Shown here piece by piece: positions 9,439 to 18,343 of a stretch of DNA of 24,660 nucleotides. This DNA comes from Candidatus Heimdallarchaeota archaeon (GTDB taxonomy: Archaea; Asgardarchaeota; Heimdallarchaeia; Hodarchaeales; Hodarchaeaceae): contig DXJL01000058.1 in NCBI GenBank assembly GCA_019057635.1, positions 1 through 24,660 on the forward strand, written 5' to 3'. The translations under genes were made by a program, and so were the position numbers. The notes beneath the pieces are model-generated. The model did no database searches. It saw only the letters and a list, made by a program, of their open reading frames with translations, and had not been told where the DNA came from. Position 1 is the first letter of the stretch, and each line of letters begins with the position of its first letter.

Positions 9439-10113
9439 TTATTCACCCCAATCTGAGATATGAGAGATTTCGTAAGTGGATCGTAATGCTTCAAAAATGG
9501 CTTTACAGAAGTTTTGAGTCGTTCTTGTATCTCCAAAAGTCTTGCTCCAGATGTCTGAGACTCCAGCCAACTCTAAGACACTTTTGGCAACGTCACCAAT
9601 AACTAAACCTAGACCTTTTGGTGCGGGTTTAAGTATAACTCTCACACTTCCTACTTTTCCTTCAACTTGAAAAGGTATCGAATGTGGATTTCTACATGTA
9701 CATTCCCAGCTCCCACATCCTCTTTTCACTGGAACGATATTTAATTTTGCAAGAATAATTGCGTTTCTAATTGCTGTTCCGACCCCAGCTGCCTTTGCTT
9801 GAGCAACACCGACTATACCGTTTTTATTCCCAACTCCAGCTGTAGCAACGAATAATGTTTTCCGACCTGCATCTGTTTGACGTTGTACTCTCCCAACATC
9901 AAGAACTGTTTCGGTCAGATTAGGGACAAGAAAATCAACGATTTTTACATCTTCAATTTTTAATGAATCACGAAATATATCATAAATCGAGGTAATTGTC
10001 CCATCTTTTACCAACCGTCCAACTTGTGTTCTGGGCACCCATGCCTCCAGATCGGGAGCGGATTGTTCATGGTCACGACCTCTTCTTCGACCTCGTCTTT
10101 GACTTCTACTCAC
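9439..10113 (-). CDS. rps5: 30S ribosomal protein uS5
   Basis: WVPRTQVGRLVK, QRQTDAG, RGCGSWEC and PAPKGLGLV motifs; GTG start. Confidence 0.98.
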   Translation of the reverse strand: MSRSQRRGRRRGRDHEQSAPDLEAWVPRTQVGRLVKDGTITSIYDIFRDSLKIEDVKIVDFLVPNLTETVLDVGRVQRQTDAGRKTLFVATAGVGNKNGIVGVAQAKAAGVGTAIRNAIILAKLNIVPVKRGCGSWECTCRNPHSIPFQVEGKVGSVRVILKPAPKGLGLVIGDVAKSVLELAGVSDIWSKTFGDTRTTQNFCKAIFEALRSTYEISHISDWGE

Positions 10114-10145
10114 TTTTCTACACTTCTTTAATCATTTGTGATAAT

Positions 10146-10733
10146 TTAAACTTTACGTTGAATTTCTTCTTTTGATTGAGTAAATAGTTTAGTCATATTT
10201 ACTGGATTAACCTTATTCTTTTTATATTGCGAGAACTGCCGATCGAATTTATCTTTATCATCGTCTTTGAGCATTTTTGCATAATTAACGATATGTTCAC
10301 CATTGATTCTTTCTTCTGTTGGAAAAACCTTATCAGAATGGGGGATTTCGAGCCCTGAATCAACTAGTCCTTTCAAGACTGCAAATACTCGTGATCCATA
10401 CACAGGTGGATTTAAGCCAATGTCAAAAATAACATTTGAAATTTTTACTTTTTGGGCTTTCTTCCCTGCTAATAACCCTGTTAAATAGGCGCTTGGTAGA
10501 TTTGAAGTACCTGCTGACCATTGGTAATTTTTTAACTCCCTGGAATGTGCCGAGGAAAGAGTGATGTCTCCTTCAATCTTGGGTTCTACAAATTGTACTA
10601 TGCAGTGATTATTAGATAACCGTACGGCTGCACGAACCTTTTTCCCCGAAACTAATCGTCGGCGAAGATGATAATTTGTCTTTCCTTCCCTTCTACGTCT
10701 GAATGGTACGCGATAACGAGCATTTCTTGCCAT
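10146..10733 (-). CDS. rpl18: 50S ribosomal protein uL18
   Basis: RRRREGKTNY, NLPSAYLTG and FAVLKG.VDSG motifs. ATG at 10733 follows GGAGA, just after the eL19 stop. Confidence 0.97.
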   Translation of the reverse strand: MARNARYRVPFRRRREGKTNYHLRRRLVSGKKVRAAVRLSNNHCIVQFVEPKIEGDITLSSAHSRELKNYQWSAGTSNLPSAYLTGLLAGKKAQKVKISNVIFDIGLNPPVYGSRVFAVLKGLVDSGLEIPHSDKVFPTEERINGEHIVNYAKMLKDDDKDKFDRQFSQYKKNKVNPVNMTKLFTQSKEEIQRKV

Positions 10734-10737
10734 TGGC

Positions 10738-11205
10738 TTATCTCCTTTTACCTTTGGATTTTTTAATAAAGCCAGATTCATGAATTGTGTTTCGAAGATG
10801 TGCTACGCTTCGATACGAATTTCCTTTGGCTTTTGCATATAATTGTCGGTAATTTGTCGGTGAGATCAAGTTATTATCTCGTAAACCTCGTAAATATCTT
10901 CTTTGACTTCGAATTTTAGCAATCCAAAGCTCTTTTCCCGGTTGACGAGCTCCCTTTCTTCCTTTTCGACTTCCATGCCCTCTTCGCTGACCTCTTTTCT
11001 TCTGGATTGTAATTAATCGTGCACGTCCACGAGAAACCCCAACTATTGGTTTTTTACGAATTATGTGATCATCGATTAATTTTCGGACGTCTTCGCGAGT
11101 TAAAGCAAGAGAAAGATCTTCTTCAACATCCGGATCAATCCATACACGATTAACACCAATACCCAATATTCTGGCAGCAATTTTCTTTTGGGGAGTAAAA
11201 TTCAT
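10738..11205 (-). CDS. rpl19e: 50S ribosomal protein eL19
   Basis: QKKIAARILG, RVWIDP, GHGSRKGRKGAR and YRQLYAKAKG motifs. Confidence 0.97.
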   Translation of the reverse strand: MNFTPQKKIAARILGIGVNRVWIDPDVEEDLSLALTREDVRKLIDDHIIRKKPIVGVSRGRARLITIQKKRGQRRGHGSRKGRKGARQPGKELWIAKIRSQRRYLRGLRDNNLISPTNYRQLYAKAKGNSYRSVAHLRNTIHESGFIKKSKGKRR

Positions 11206-11732
11206 TCTTCTTCACCTTGGTCTTCATCGGAAGAAATATCAAGATCATCTATGGCAATATCATCTAAAAGATCTTCATCGAGTTCTAATTCAGCATCAAG
11301 ATCTCCTAGATCAATTTTTACTGAAATTGGATTTAATATGTGAATGTTTAATAATTCTGCTTCCATCAGTATCTTTTCTTTCTTTTTACGTCCGATTGTT
11401 GCTGAAATTCGTCCGACCTGTTGTTCAGGGTCGATCAATGACAAGTCTATCGAAGAAGTAATGAGGACCTCTTCTTTTCCCGAGGCTAACGTATAACGAA
11501 CCTCTTTAGGGCTACGAAAACCGATTTGGGGTGATATTGGCCACCCACCTACTTTTTCTCGAACATGTGAGTCAATCCCACGCGCTCGTCTCCATCGTTC
11601 TGGGACTCGGTTGTACCGCCAAGATTCATATCGACGGAAATTTGGCCTTTTACGTTTTAGATTTTTTCGGATTCTTTGGAGACGAAGTATCCGTGAATCG
11701 GTTTTTTCTTTTGTAATACTAGTCATTGTCAT
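11202..11732 (-). CDS. rpl32e: 50S ribosomal protein eL32 with an acidic C-terminal extension
   Basis: KRPNFRR, WRRARGIDS, GFRSPKEVR and HILNP motifs, then a D/E-rich tail. Confidence 0.95.
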   Translation of the reverse strand: MTMTSITKEKTDSRILRLQRIRKNLKRKRPNFRRYESWRYNRVPERWRRARGIDSHVREKVGGWPISPQIGFRSPKEVRYTLASGKEEVLITSSIDLSLIDPEQQVGRISATIGRKKKEKILMEAELLNIHILNPISVKIDLGDLDAELELDEDLLDDIAIDDLDISSDEDQGEEE

Positions 11733-11894
11733 TCTATCCGATTTTTAAACGTGGGGTTGTCATTGAATAATTACGAGTAATATCTGGACTATTATTTTTC
11801 ATAAATGAGTAATATAATCCTGATAGCATATCTTTGTCTGGCGATCCACTGTTGAGGTTCAACCAGAACGCCGAGGAAGCGACTATTATCAGTC

Positions 11895-11902
11895 TATTTA
11901 AA
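11895..11902 (-). promoter_or_regulatory. Putative TATA box of the eL32-uL15 operon
   Basis: TTTAAATA on the minus strand, about 23 nt upstream of a GC-rich hairpin (11840-11872) that could begin the leader. Confidence 0.4.
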
Positions 11903-12554
11903 TTATACAGGAAAAATAGAATTTTTCAAAATAACGTTTAGCAAATGAATTTCACTATTATACGTTATTTCAATCTTTCTGTACGGATATGTAGTCGTCT
12001 TAATTAATAAAATAAGATGGTATGTTTATTACACATCATTTTCTTTACACCCATTAATTTAAGTTCTATTCTGGTTACAGATATTTCATTAGTTTTAAGT
12101 AGACCAATAGATTTGCTAATCACTGGAGTAAATAATGGGATTTTCTCCAATATAAAAAGCGAGAGATTTCACCAAGATTATTCAGTTAACGCTCTACACC
12201 TATTTGGGGGAATGCACTTTCTTAATATCTATTTTTCTTTTTAGTATGGAGAGGAAAAAGTGTATTATCATATTGATGCAATCAATCAGCCTCGATACCT
12301 TCAAATTTCAAATTAAATGAATAATCCACTTCCCATGGATAATATAGAACCTATTTATGGAATATATCTCTTGAATGTAGGGTTTCTGAATATAGAATTT
12401 AAATGATTGATAGCTAGGGGGAAATACTACGTAATCTAATACGCTGAATACTTAGCGAGAGTTACACCTTCATTTAAGTAAACGTTTATCGAATATCCGT
12501 TGTTAGCACATAACTTCCTCCTCCATTTTGAACAAGGATAGAAATATCGGGAAA

Positions 12555-13070
12555 AATTGGACTTATTTGTTTTCTTCTAAAAATGATCTCAATTTTGTTG
12601 AGTTGATAGAACCAGGTAAAATCGTAGTCCTGAGTCTTGCTGATATTGCGAGTGTACGGAGTCGGGGAATTTTAACACTTCATTTCTTAAGAATCTTTAT
12701 TGTCTAAGAACAAATAATAAAATTCCTCCGATTGTATTTGTTATCGAAGAAGCACATCAATTTTTGTCCTCAAAATTCTTCCTCAGTTTTAAAAAGGATT
12801 ATTGAGACTATTGCACGAGAAGGAAGAAAGTTTTATGCTTTCCTTTGTTTGATATCGCAACGGCCTGTTAATTTGTCAGTAACGGCTCTTTCACAATGTA
12901 ACACGAATATTATTTTGCGTATACGCAATCCATATGATCTCGGCTATATCGGAAAAACTTCAGAGATTATAGATACATCTGCATTAAATTTCCTTCCCAG
13001 TCTAAACATTGGAGAAGCGATTAATTTTCCAACATTTTTCCAGATTCGGAAACGAAAACCTTTACATTGA
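12555..13070 (+). pseudogene. HerA/DUF87-like ATPase C-terminal fragment with frameshifts
   Basis: LIEPGKIVVLSL, then a shift near 12690 to KIPPIVFVIEEAH (Walker B). An extra C at 12758 then shifts to NFCP...IAREGRKF..FLCLISQRP..LS...LSQCNT. No Walker A segment found upstream. Confidence 0.8.
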
Positions 13071-13278
13071 TGATATCAACCCTAATTCTGCAACCATGGC
13101 TGAGAATTATACCAAGACTTGAATATCGAAAGTGAATAGAATAACTAGGCCATAAGTTCTTTATTTCTTTTTATTACGGATATTTTAGTGATTACTGGGG
13201 TAAAACATCTTATTTAAATATGTCCATGTAAAAAGCTTTGAACAGTCAAAATAATCAACAGTTTTTGAGATATGATTT

Positions 13279-13410
13279 ATGGCTCTCATCAATTGGTTTT
13301 ACGCAACGTTTATTGCAAGTGTTTTAGCTTTCGCTTCGGTAGGACTCATCATACTATATTTGCTTTTTTATCATGATGATGAGTTTGAAGAGGACGATTT
13401 AGGTAAATAA
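13279..13410 (+). CDS. Small single-pass membrane protein (43 aa) with an acidic tail, below the ORF-track cutoff
   Basis: MALINWFYATFIASVLAFASVGLIILYLLFYHDDEFEEDDLGK*: a clean hydrophobic helix followed by a D/E run. Confidence 0.55.
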   Translation: MALINWFYATFIASVLAFASVGLIILYLLFYHDDEFEEDDLGK

Positions 13411-13469
13411 AAACTAGCCGTTATGGTCTTTCTGATTCAATTTTTCTGTTTGTATAGCACTTGAGCTAT

Positions 13470-14148
13470 TTAATTTTTAAGTGGTTTTACTAGGTTCACG
13501 AGAAATTCATACGGATCTTTTTATGAGACAGAAGAAATATCCAAGACGGAACATCTACTTGCAGTTTTAATGCTCTTTCAATATCCATCTTTTCATGAAC
13601 TTCAATACTAGAAAATACAGAAACTTTGAAGTTTTCGATGTGTATGCGTTTGACGTGATTTTCTATCATTTCAGGAGGAATTTTAGAAAGAGGGGTCCCC
13701 ATGGACGACATGTCAGGTAAACTGATTACAATGGCGTTGGGATCAAACTTCGATAATGCATCAATAATAGCAACATTGTGAGAGTAAACAAGAGTATAGA
13801 GCCGATTGGTCCTCGAATCCCTTACATTTCTTTCCAGATCTCGTATAGGCGTCGAATCATCGTTAAAGATCAGTCCTTTAATATCGAGCGATTTAAGAAA
13901 GGCAATTGAGTTTTGAAAATAACTCTTTTGATTCCCTGAATGATAATGAAATTGTGAAAAGAAAGGAATATCAAAATTGTCTTGAAATTTCGCCAAAAAA
14001 GGGAAAGGAGGACACATCCCAATTATAATCCCAAATTCCCCTGAAATTTTCTCTACAATTTTTGCAAGCTGATTCCCCTGTTCCTCAAATATCCCCTGGC
14101 AGTTGGTAAAATCCAAAAAAAACTAGGCTTTTCTTTCTACGTCATCAT
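13470..14148 (-). pseudogene. Archaeal-type triosephosphate-isomerase-like gene, catalytic residues lost and reading frame disrupted
   Basis: Colinear with archaeal TIM (LAKIVEKIS, DIPFFSQ, GTPLSKIPPEMIEN, DIERALKL). 5' end reads MMT*KEKPS with a shift at the T8 run (14115-14122). 3' end has a shift and TAA before KDPYEFLVNLVKPLKN*. Confidence 0.7.
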
Positions 14149-14511
14149 TCCAAGAGCTCCGAATGTCGTTGGATTTATAATTTCATATATTCTTATCATC
14201 GGAAAAATTCTGAGTAGTTGTTTTAAATTTTTTTGATTATGCACAATCTTATGATTGATGACCATTGTAATCCTTATTGCTGATAAATGAAACTGAAACA
14301 ATACGACAGTTTAAATCAAATACAATGAATTTCTCAGTGAAATAAATATAAACAAGAGTTTCTTAGCCAGTGAATTAATGTATTAAAGATCCACTACCTT
14401 CTAAAAATATATAGGAGTCATATCTTTGGCCTTACGTAACTCTTAAAGATTACGCATATTCTCGTCCAAATATACTGCTTTATAGCTATAAAAACAAGGA
14501 GCTAATGTTGT

Positions 14512-15117
14512 TTGAGTCGTCGAGGTCGGACACCTAGAAGAACGGTAGACAAATGGTCTGCTAAAGAATTATATCAGATTTATAGTCCCCCAGGCTTTCT
14601 TGAAGGGGATGAAAAAATTGTTGGTGAAACAGTTGCAGATGATCCAGAAAAAATAATTGGTCGTGTTATTGAAGTTTCTCTTGCTGATATAATCAATGAT
14701 TATTCAAAAATGCACGTAAAATTAAATTTTCAAATTACTGAAGTAACTGGGAACGTAGCACGAACACGGTTCAAAGGTCATACTTTCGCAAGAGATTATC
14801 TTCGATTTTTAGTTAGAAGACGACGAACCAGAATTGATAGCATCAGTACAGTTAAAACTAAAGACGGTGTACCCTTTAGAATCACCGCTACAGGCTTTAC
14901 ATTAATTAGATCGACAACGAGTAAAAAAAATGCGATCAGACGAGAGATGCTCGATATAGTAAAGGCAAGAGCCGAGGAACTTGACAGTTTAGAGTTTATC
15001 CGTGAAACCACTAATGGAAAATTGGGATCACAAATTTATTTTAAATGTAAAAATATATATCCACTTAAAGGGGTCGAAGTACAAAAAAGTAGACTCTTGA
15101 CACCGATTTCAGCCTAG
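14512..15117 (+). CDS. rps3ae: 30S ribosomal protein eS1 (S3Ae)
   Basis: DKWSAKELY, IGRVIEVSLAD, RDYLRFLVRRRRTRID and IYPLKGVEVQKS motifs; TTG start. Confidence 0.97.
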   Translation: MSRRGRTPRRTVDKWSAKELYQIYSPPGFLEGDEKIVGETVADDPEKIIGRVIEVSLADIINDYSKMHVKLNFQITEVTGNVARTRFKGHTFARDYLRFLVRRRRTRIDSISTVKTKDGVPFRITATGFTLIRSTTSKKNAIRREMLDIVKARAEELDSLEFIRETTNGKLGSQIYFKCKNIYPLKGVEVQKSRLLTPISA

Positions 15118-15366
15118 AGCGTCGCTAATTTTCCGAAGAATTTGGTCGTTGAGATTATAAGAGTCGAGGAGATCTACTACTGTTGCATTAGCCGTATTAA
15201 GACTAGTTAAACCTTCAATATGAACTTCCAATGTATTATCATAGTGTTGTGATGTAATTTTCATTGGTGGATTAGCCAGATTATCTGGTTTCAAGGAATC
15301 GTGGATTATTTGAGCTTCCTCTTTTGACTGAGTAACAAATACTATTTTGAGATCTATCCTATCAAT
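15109..15366 (-). CDS. pcc1: KEOPS complex subunit Pcc1; start non-canonical or uncertain
   Basis: Extending the frame upstream gives IDRIDLKIVFVTQSKEEAQIIHDSLKPDN...LEVHIEG..SLNTANATVVDLL. It sits in the canonical uS15-DHH-Pcc1-eS1 neighbourhood. Confidence 0.8.
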   Translation of the reverse strand: MDRIDLKIVFVTQSKEEAQIIHDSLKPDNLANPPMKITSQHYDNTLEVHIEGLTSLNTANATVVDLLDSYNLNDQILRKISDALG

Positions 15367-16780
15367 TACCAGTTTCTTGACTCTCCAGTAGCATGTTATT
15401 GAGATGATTCTTAAATGAACTCAGCTCTTTCTCAATGAGAATTGCGCCTGCTGCGGAAGAATGTCCTCCTACTTCCGTGTCAAGGTTTAATTTCTTAATT
15501 CCTCGCTGTAAAAGCTTATCAAGTTCGGTTTCATTGTCTGAAGAATGTGCTTTTCGGATACTAATTTTTACTCTAGTCTCGTCAATTTTCGCGCAGCTTA
15601 GAATTGGCTTTGCACTATACTCTTCCATGGAGGATAAAATTGATGTGATTGGTCCAATAATATTTTCTTCTATTTTACTCCTTCCATCTATGAAGTAAAG
15701 AGCTGCTAACTCTTCAAGATTATTATCTGATAAAACCCATTTTATTCCCTCGCCAATTTGCTTTGAATATGCCTTTAATATTGGTTTTAACTCGGTAAGA
15801 GCTTGATTACGATCTCCCATACACAGTGCGATTCCAACATCGGGACGGTTCATCCGTCCACAGGCGTTTAGTCGATTAGCAAATACTCGAGCATCTTGTA
15901 TCTGGACTACTTGCTCCTTCAATAACTGATAATCATGCTTGTATATTACTTTTGGATCCACCAAATTTCTAACGATTAATTCTGAAGCTAATTTTTTCTT
16001 CTCTTCCTCGTCTAATTCCAATACAATCCTTCGTCCAGTCTTTCCAGTGAATGGTATTCCAATCTCATTAAGGAAATAGTGAATCGCAATTTCTTCATTA
16101 AATTCCTCGATGTTTAACCGTTTTAAACAGCTGATTAAATCTCGAGTTCTGTCGTAGAACCAAACAGAAACAAAATCTGTACATAACCGGTTATCAATGG
16201 CATCTTTCACGATTTTCTGATTTAATCCGATTAATGAAGAATTTTCTCCCTGATCCTGACGGTCTCCCAATGCACCAATAATTGCTAAATGTGCTAAATT
16301 AGTATTTGATGAATTGATATGAATAGCTACGAAATAGGACACTCCAGAACCACTTACCTTGTTTGATCCATCAATAGAATAACAATGTGGATTTATTAGG
16401 TGAATATTCTCTTGTAATTTGCACTCACTTACCAAAGAATGATGATCTAGTATGTAGATCTGTATCGATGGATCCCATGTTTTAAAAGCTTCAATTACAC
16501 CTGATCCCAAATCGCAAAATATAACTAGTGCGTCCTTAGGTAATGATGCACCAATCACGTTTAATTGTTTAATTTCCAATCTTTTTAGAATTTTAAGCTG
16601 AAACGGTATCTTTTCTCGTTTGAATGCTATTGCTAATATTGATGCTGCTGTAAGTCCATCTGGATCAAAATGTGAAAATATATACAAAGGAAACTTGATT
16701 TCTCTTTTACGAATTTCTTCTGCCGCTTCTTTACATGCAATCAAAAATTCTTTAATTTCCTCCTTCATAATTGGATCCAC
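15362..16780 (-). CDS. DHH/DHHA1 phosphoesterase (archaeal RecJ/Cdc45-like)
   Basis: HFDPDG, CDLGSG, LDHH, GALGDRQ, NACGR and GGHSSAAGA motifs are all intact. Confidence 0.92.
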   Translation of the reverse strand: MDPIMKEEIKEFLIACKEAAEEIRKREIKFPLYIFSHFDPDGLTAASILAIAFKREKIPFQLKILKRLEIKQLNVIGASLPKDALVIFCDLGSGVIEAFKTWDPSIQIYILDHHSLVSECKLQENIHLINPHCYSIDGSNKVSGSGVSYFVAIHINSSNTNLAHLAIIGALGDRQDQGENSSLIGLNQKIVKDAIDNRLCTDFVSVWFYDRTRDLISCLKRLNIEEFNEEIAIHYFLNEIGIPFTGKTGRRIVLELDEEEKKKLASELIVRNLVDPKVIYKHDYQLLKEQVVQIQDARVFANRLNACGRMNRPDVGIALCMGDRNQALTELKPILKAYSKQIGEGIKWVLSDNNLEELAALYFIDGRSKIEENIIGPITSILSSMEEYSAKPILSCAKIDETRVKISIRKAHSSDNETELDKLLQRGIKKLNLDTEVGGHSSAAGAILIEKELSSFKNHLNNMLLESQETGN

Positions 16781-16866
16781 TCCTGGTGGATAAAGAATAC
16801 AAACAACTGATTATGTCGGTACAGATTTTTTTGAGGTGTTAAAACATTCAATCTTCTTTTATCAGT

Positions 16867-17790
16867 TTAAATCATTCCTTTATCTATAAGCGTCCGGAAT
16901 TCTTCAAATGATAACTTTCTCCCCTCATCAAATTTCTTTTTAGCGTCCTCAGTTTTTTCCTTTATTTTTTCTCGTCTCTCGGCATCTTGCTGTTGACGCA
17001 TATTTTGCTTATTCTTACTAATACTATGTCTAGTTTTATTAATCTCACGAATATGGGTAAGATATTCATTATGTATTAAGTTTGCTTGTTCTTTTGCATC
17101 TAAAAACCGAGCATGTAATTCATCTGCTTGTTTCCTTAGTACATCAGCATTTTTAAATGCTTGAATCATAGTTTTGTGATGAAATCGACTTTCATGTGCA
17201 TGTGTCCTAAGATCTCTGTCTAAACCTCTTAATTTCCCTTTTAGTCCTCTTATTCTATTTGAGATTGTGTGTAAATCTCGTGATAATACATCTGATTCAC
17301 GAACTTCTCTGAATCTAGATTCTAAGCGTTCAATCTGATCAACGATATCTCTTTCATCGTTAATTGCTAAATTTGAAGTTGTTTGAAGCTTCCATTCGAG
17401 ATCCTGAATCTGTTTCCGGATTCTTTTTGCAGAAAAATTAGAATGATGCCTTGTTTGTGTCTTTTTTTCTTGAGCGTTGTTGAATTGCTCCTCTAACCTT
17501 TGTATTTGTTCAGTGAACCCTTCAATTTCTTTTAATTGAACATTTTTCTTTTCTTTAATTTCTGAGATCGTTTGATTACACTGATCACGTTTCTCCCTCT
17601 CATCCTTTGCTGTTTGGATCAATTCTTTGACTTGCTCATTCATCAGATTCCTTTTATTCGCAATGGTCGTTACCTTTCTATTTAGTTCTTCTCGTTGTTG
17701 CTTAATATCACGAGCATTTGATTCAATGTTCGATATTTTAAGGAGTAACGATTCGATATCCTGTTTTTCCAAGGGAGAACCTTCGTTCAA
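16867..17790 (-). CDS. Conserved archaeal coiled-coil protein (COG1340-like)
   Basis: Long heptad coils with a central IQDLEWKLQTT..L...ERDIVDQIERLE and a C-terminal KFDEGRKLSFEEF. Confidence 0.8.
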   Translation of the reverse strand: MNEGSPLEKQDIESLLLKISNIESNARDIKQQREELNRKVTTIANKRNLMNEQVKELIQTAKDEREKRDQCNQTISEIKEKKNVQLKEIEGFTEQIQRLEEQFNNAQEKKTQTRHHSNFSAKRIRKQIQDLEWKLQTTSNLAINDERDIVDQIERLESRFREVRESDVLSRDLHTISNRIRGLKGKLRGLDRDLRTHAHESRFHHKTMIQAFKNADVLRKQADELHARFLDAKEQANLIHNEYLTHIREINKTRHSISKNKQNMRQQQDAERREKIKEKTEDAKKKFDEGRKLSFEEFRTLIDKGMI

Positions 17791-17884
17791 TTTGGGTACG
17801 CTTAGTAATTGAAAATTTGTGTTTTAATTTTGATAATAAGATTCTATTAGGAATTTTCCTAATTTAAACAATACATACTCGTTT

Positions 17885-18343
17885 CTAGCGTAGATATAAC
17901 GTTGCTTGAGAAGGTTCGTATTTGAATTCTGTTTCAAAGATCCCAGTTTTTCGATAATACTTTACTAACCTTCTTATTTTTGATTCAAGTAATTGTAAGC
18001 CTCGACGTGAACTCTTATCTTTTTTATTTCCACCTTCCAAATGTTTACGAAGGTTTAATGCACGACGAACTAGATTTAAGAAATCTTCAGGCATCTTCGG
18101 TCCTAAATTATTCTCTTTCATAATTGATGTAATTGATTTAGAACAGATTTTTTTTACGCTAGGAATTGCATACTCATCCCTTAGAATCAAACCGATCAGA
18201 GCAGAACTCAATCCCTCTTTAGCTTTCTCAAGAACAAGGTTTTCGATCTCTTCTGCCGAGTAGGGAACCCACTCGGGTGTTTTTCTCCATATAGGCCTTG
18301 TAGATCCGCTTTTTCCTTTTCTCCTTGCGTGCATTCTAGCCAT
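17885..18343 (-). CDS. rps15: 30S ribosomal protein uS15 (archaeal/eukaryotic S13e type)
   Basis: [21 protein letters not shown] and [17 protein letters not shown] motifs. Confidence 0.98.
   Translation of the reverse strand: MARMHARRKGKSGSTRPIWRKTPEWVPYSAEEIENLVLEKAKEGLSSALIGLILRDEYAIPSVKKICSKSITSIMKENNLGPKMPEDFLNLVRRALNLRKHLEGGNKKDKSSRRGLQLLESKIRRLVKYYRKTGIFETEFKYEPSQATLYLR

Noticed and set aside
10734-10781. N-terminal extension of uL18 in the ORF track
   Set aside because: It overlaps eL19; the conserved start is MARNARY at 10733.
12017-12244. 75-aa plus-strand ORF
   Set aside because: Composition follows AT-rich non-coding or eroded DNA; no motif.
14137-14139. In-frame TAG near the TIM-like 5' end as possible pyrrolysine or readthrough
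   Set aside because: The same gene also has frameshifts and a TAA, and TAG serves as a normal stop elsewhere (uS15, eS4), so decay is the simpler explanation.
10303-17812. ORFs at 10303, 11531, 14796, 15435 and 17627
   Set aside because: Each lies antisense within a conserved gene.
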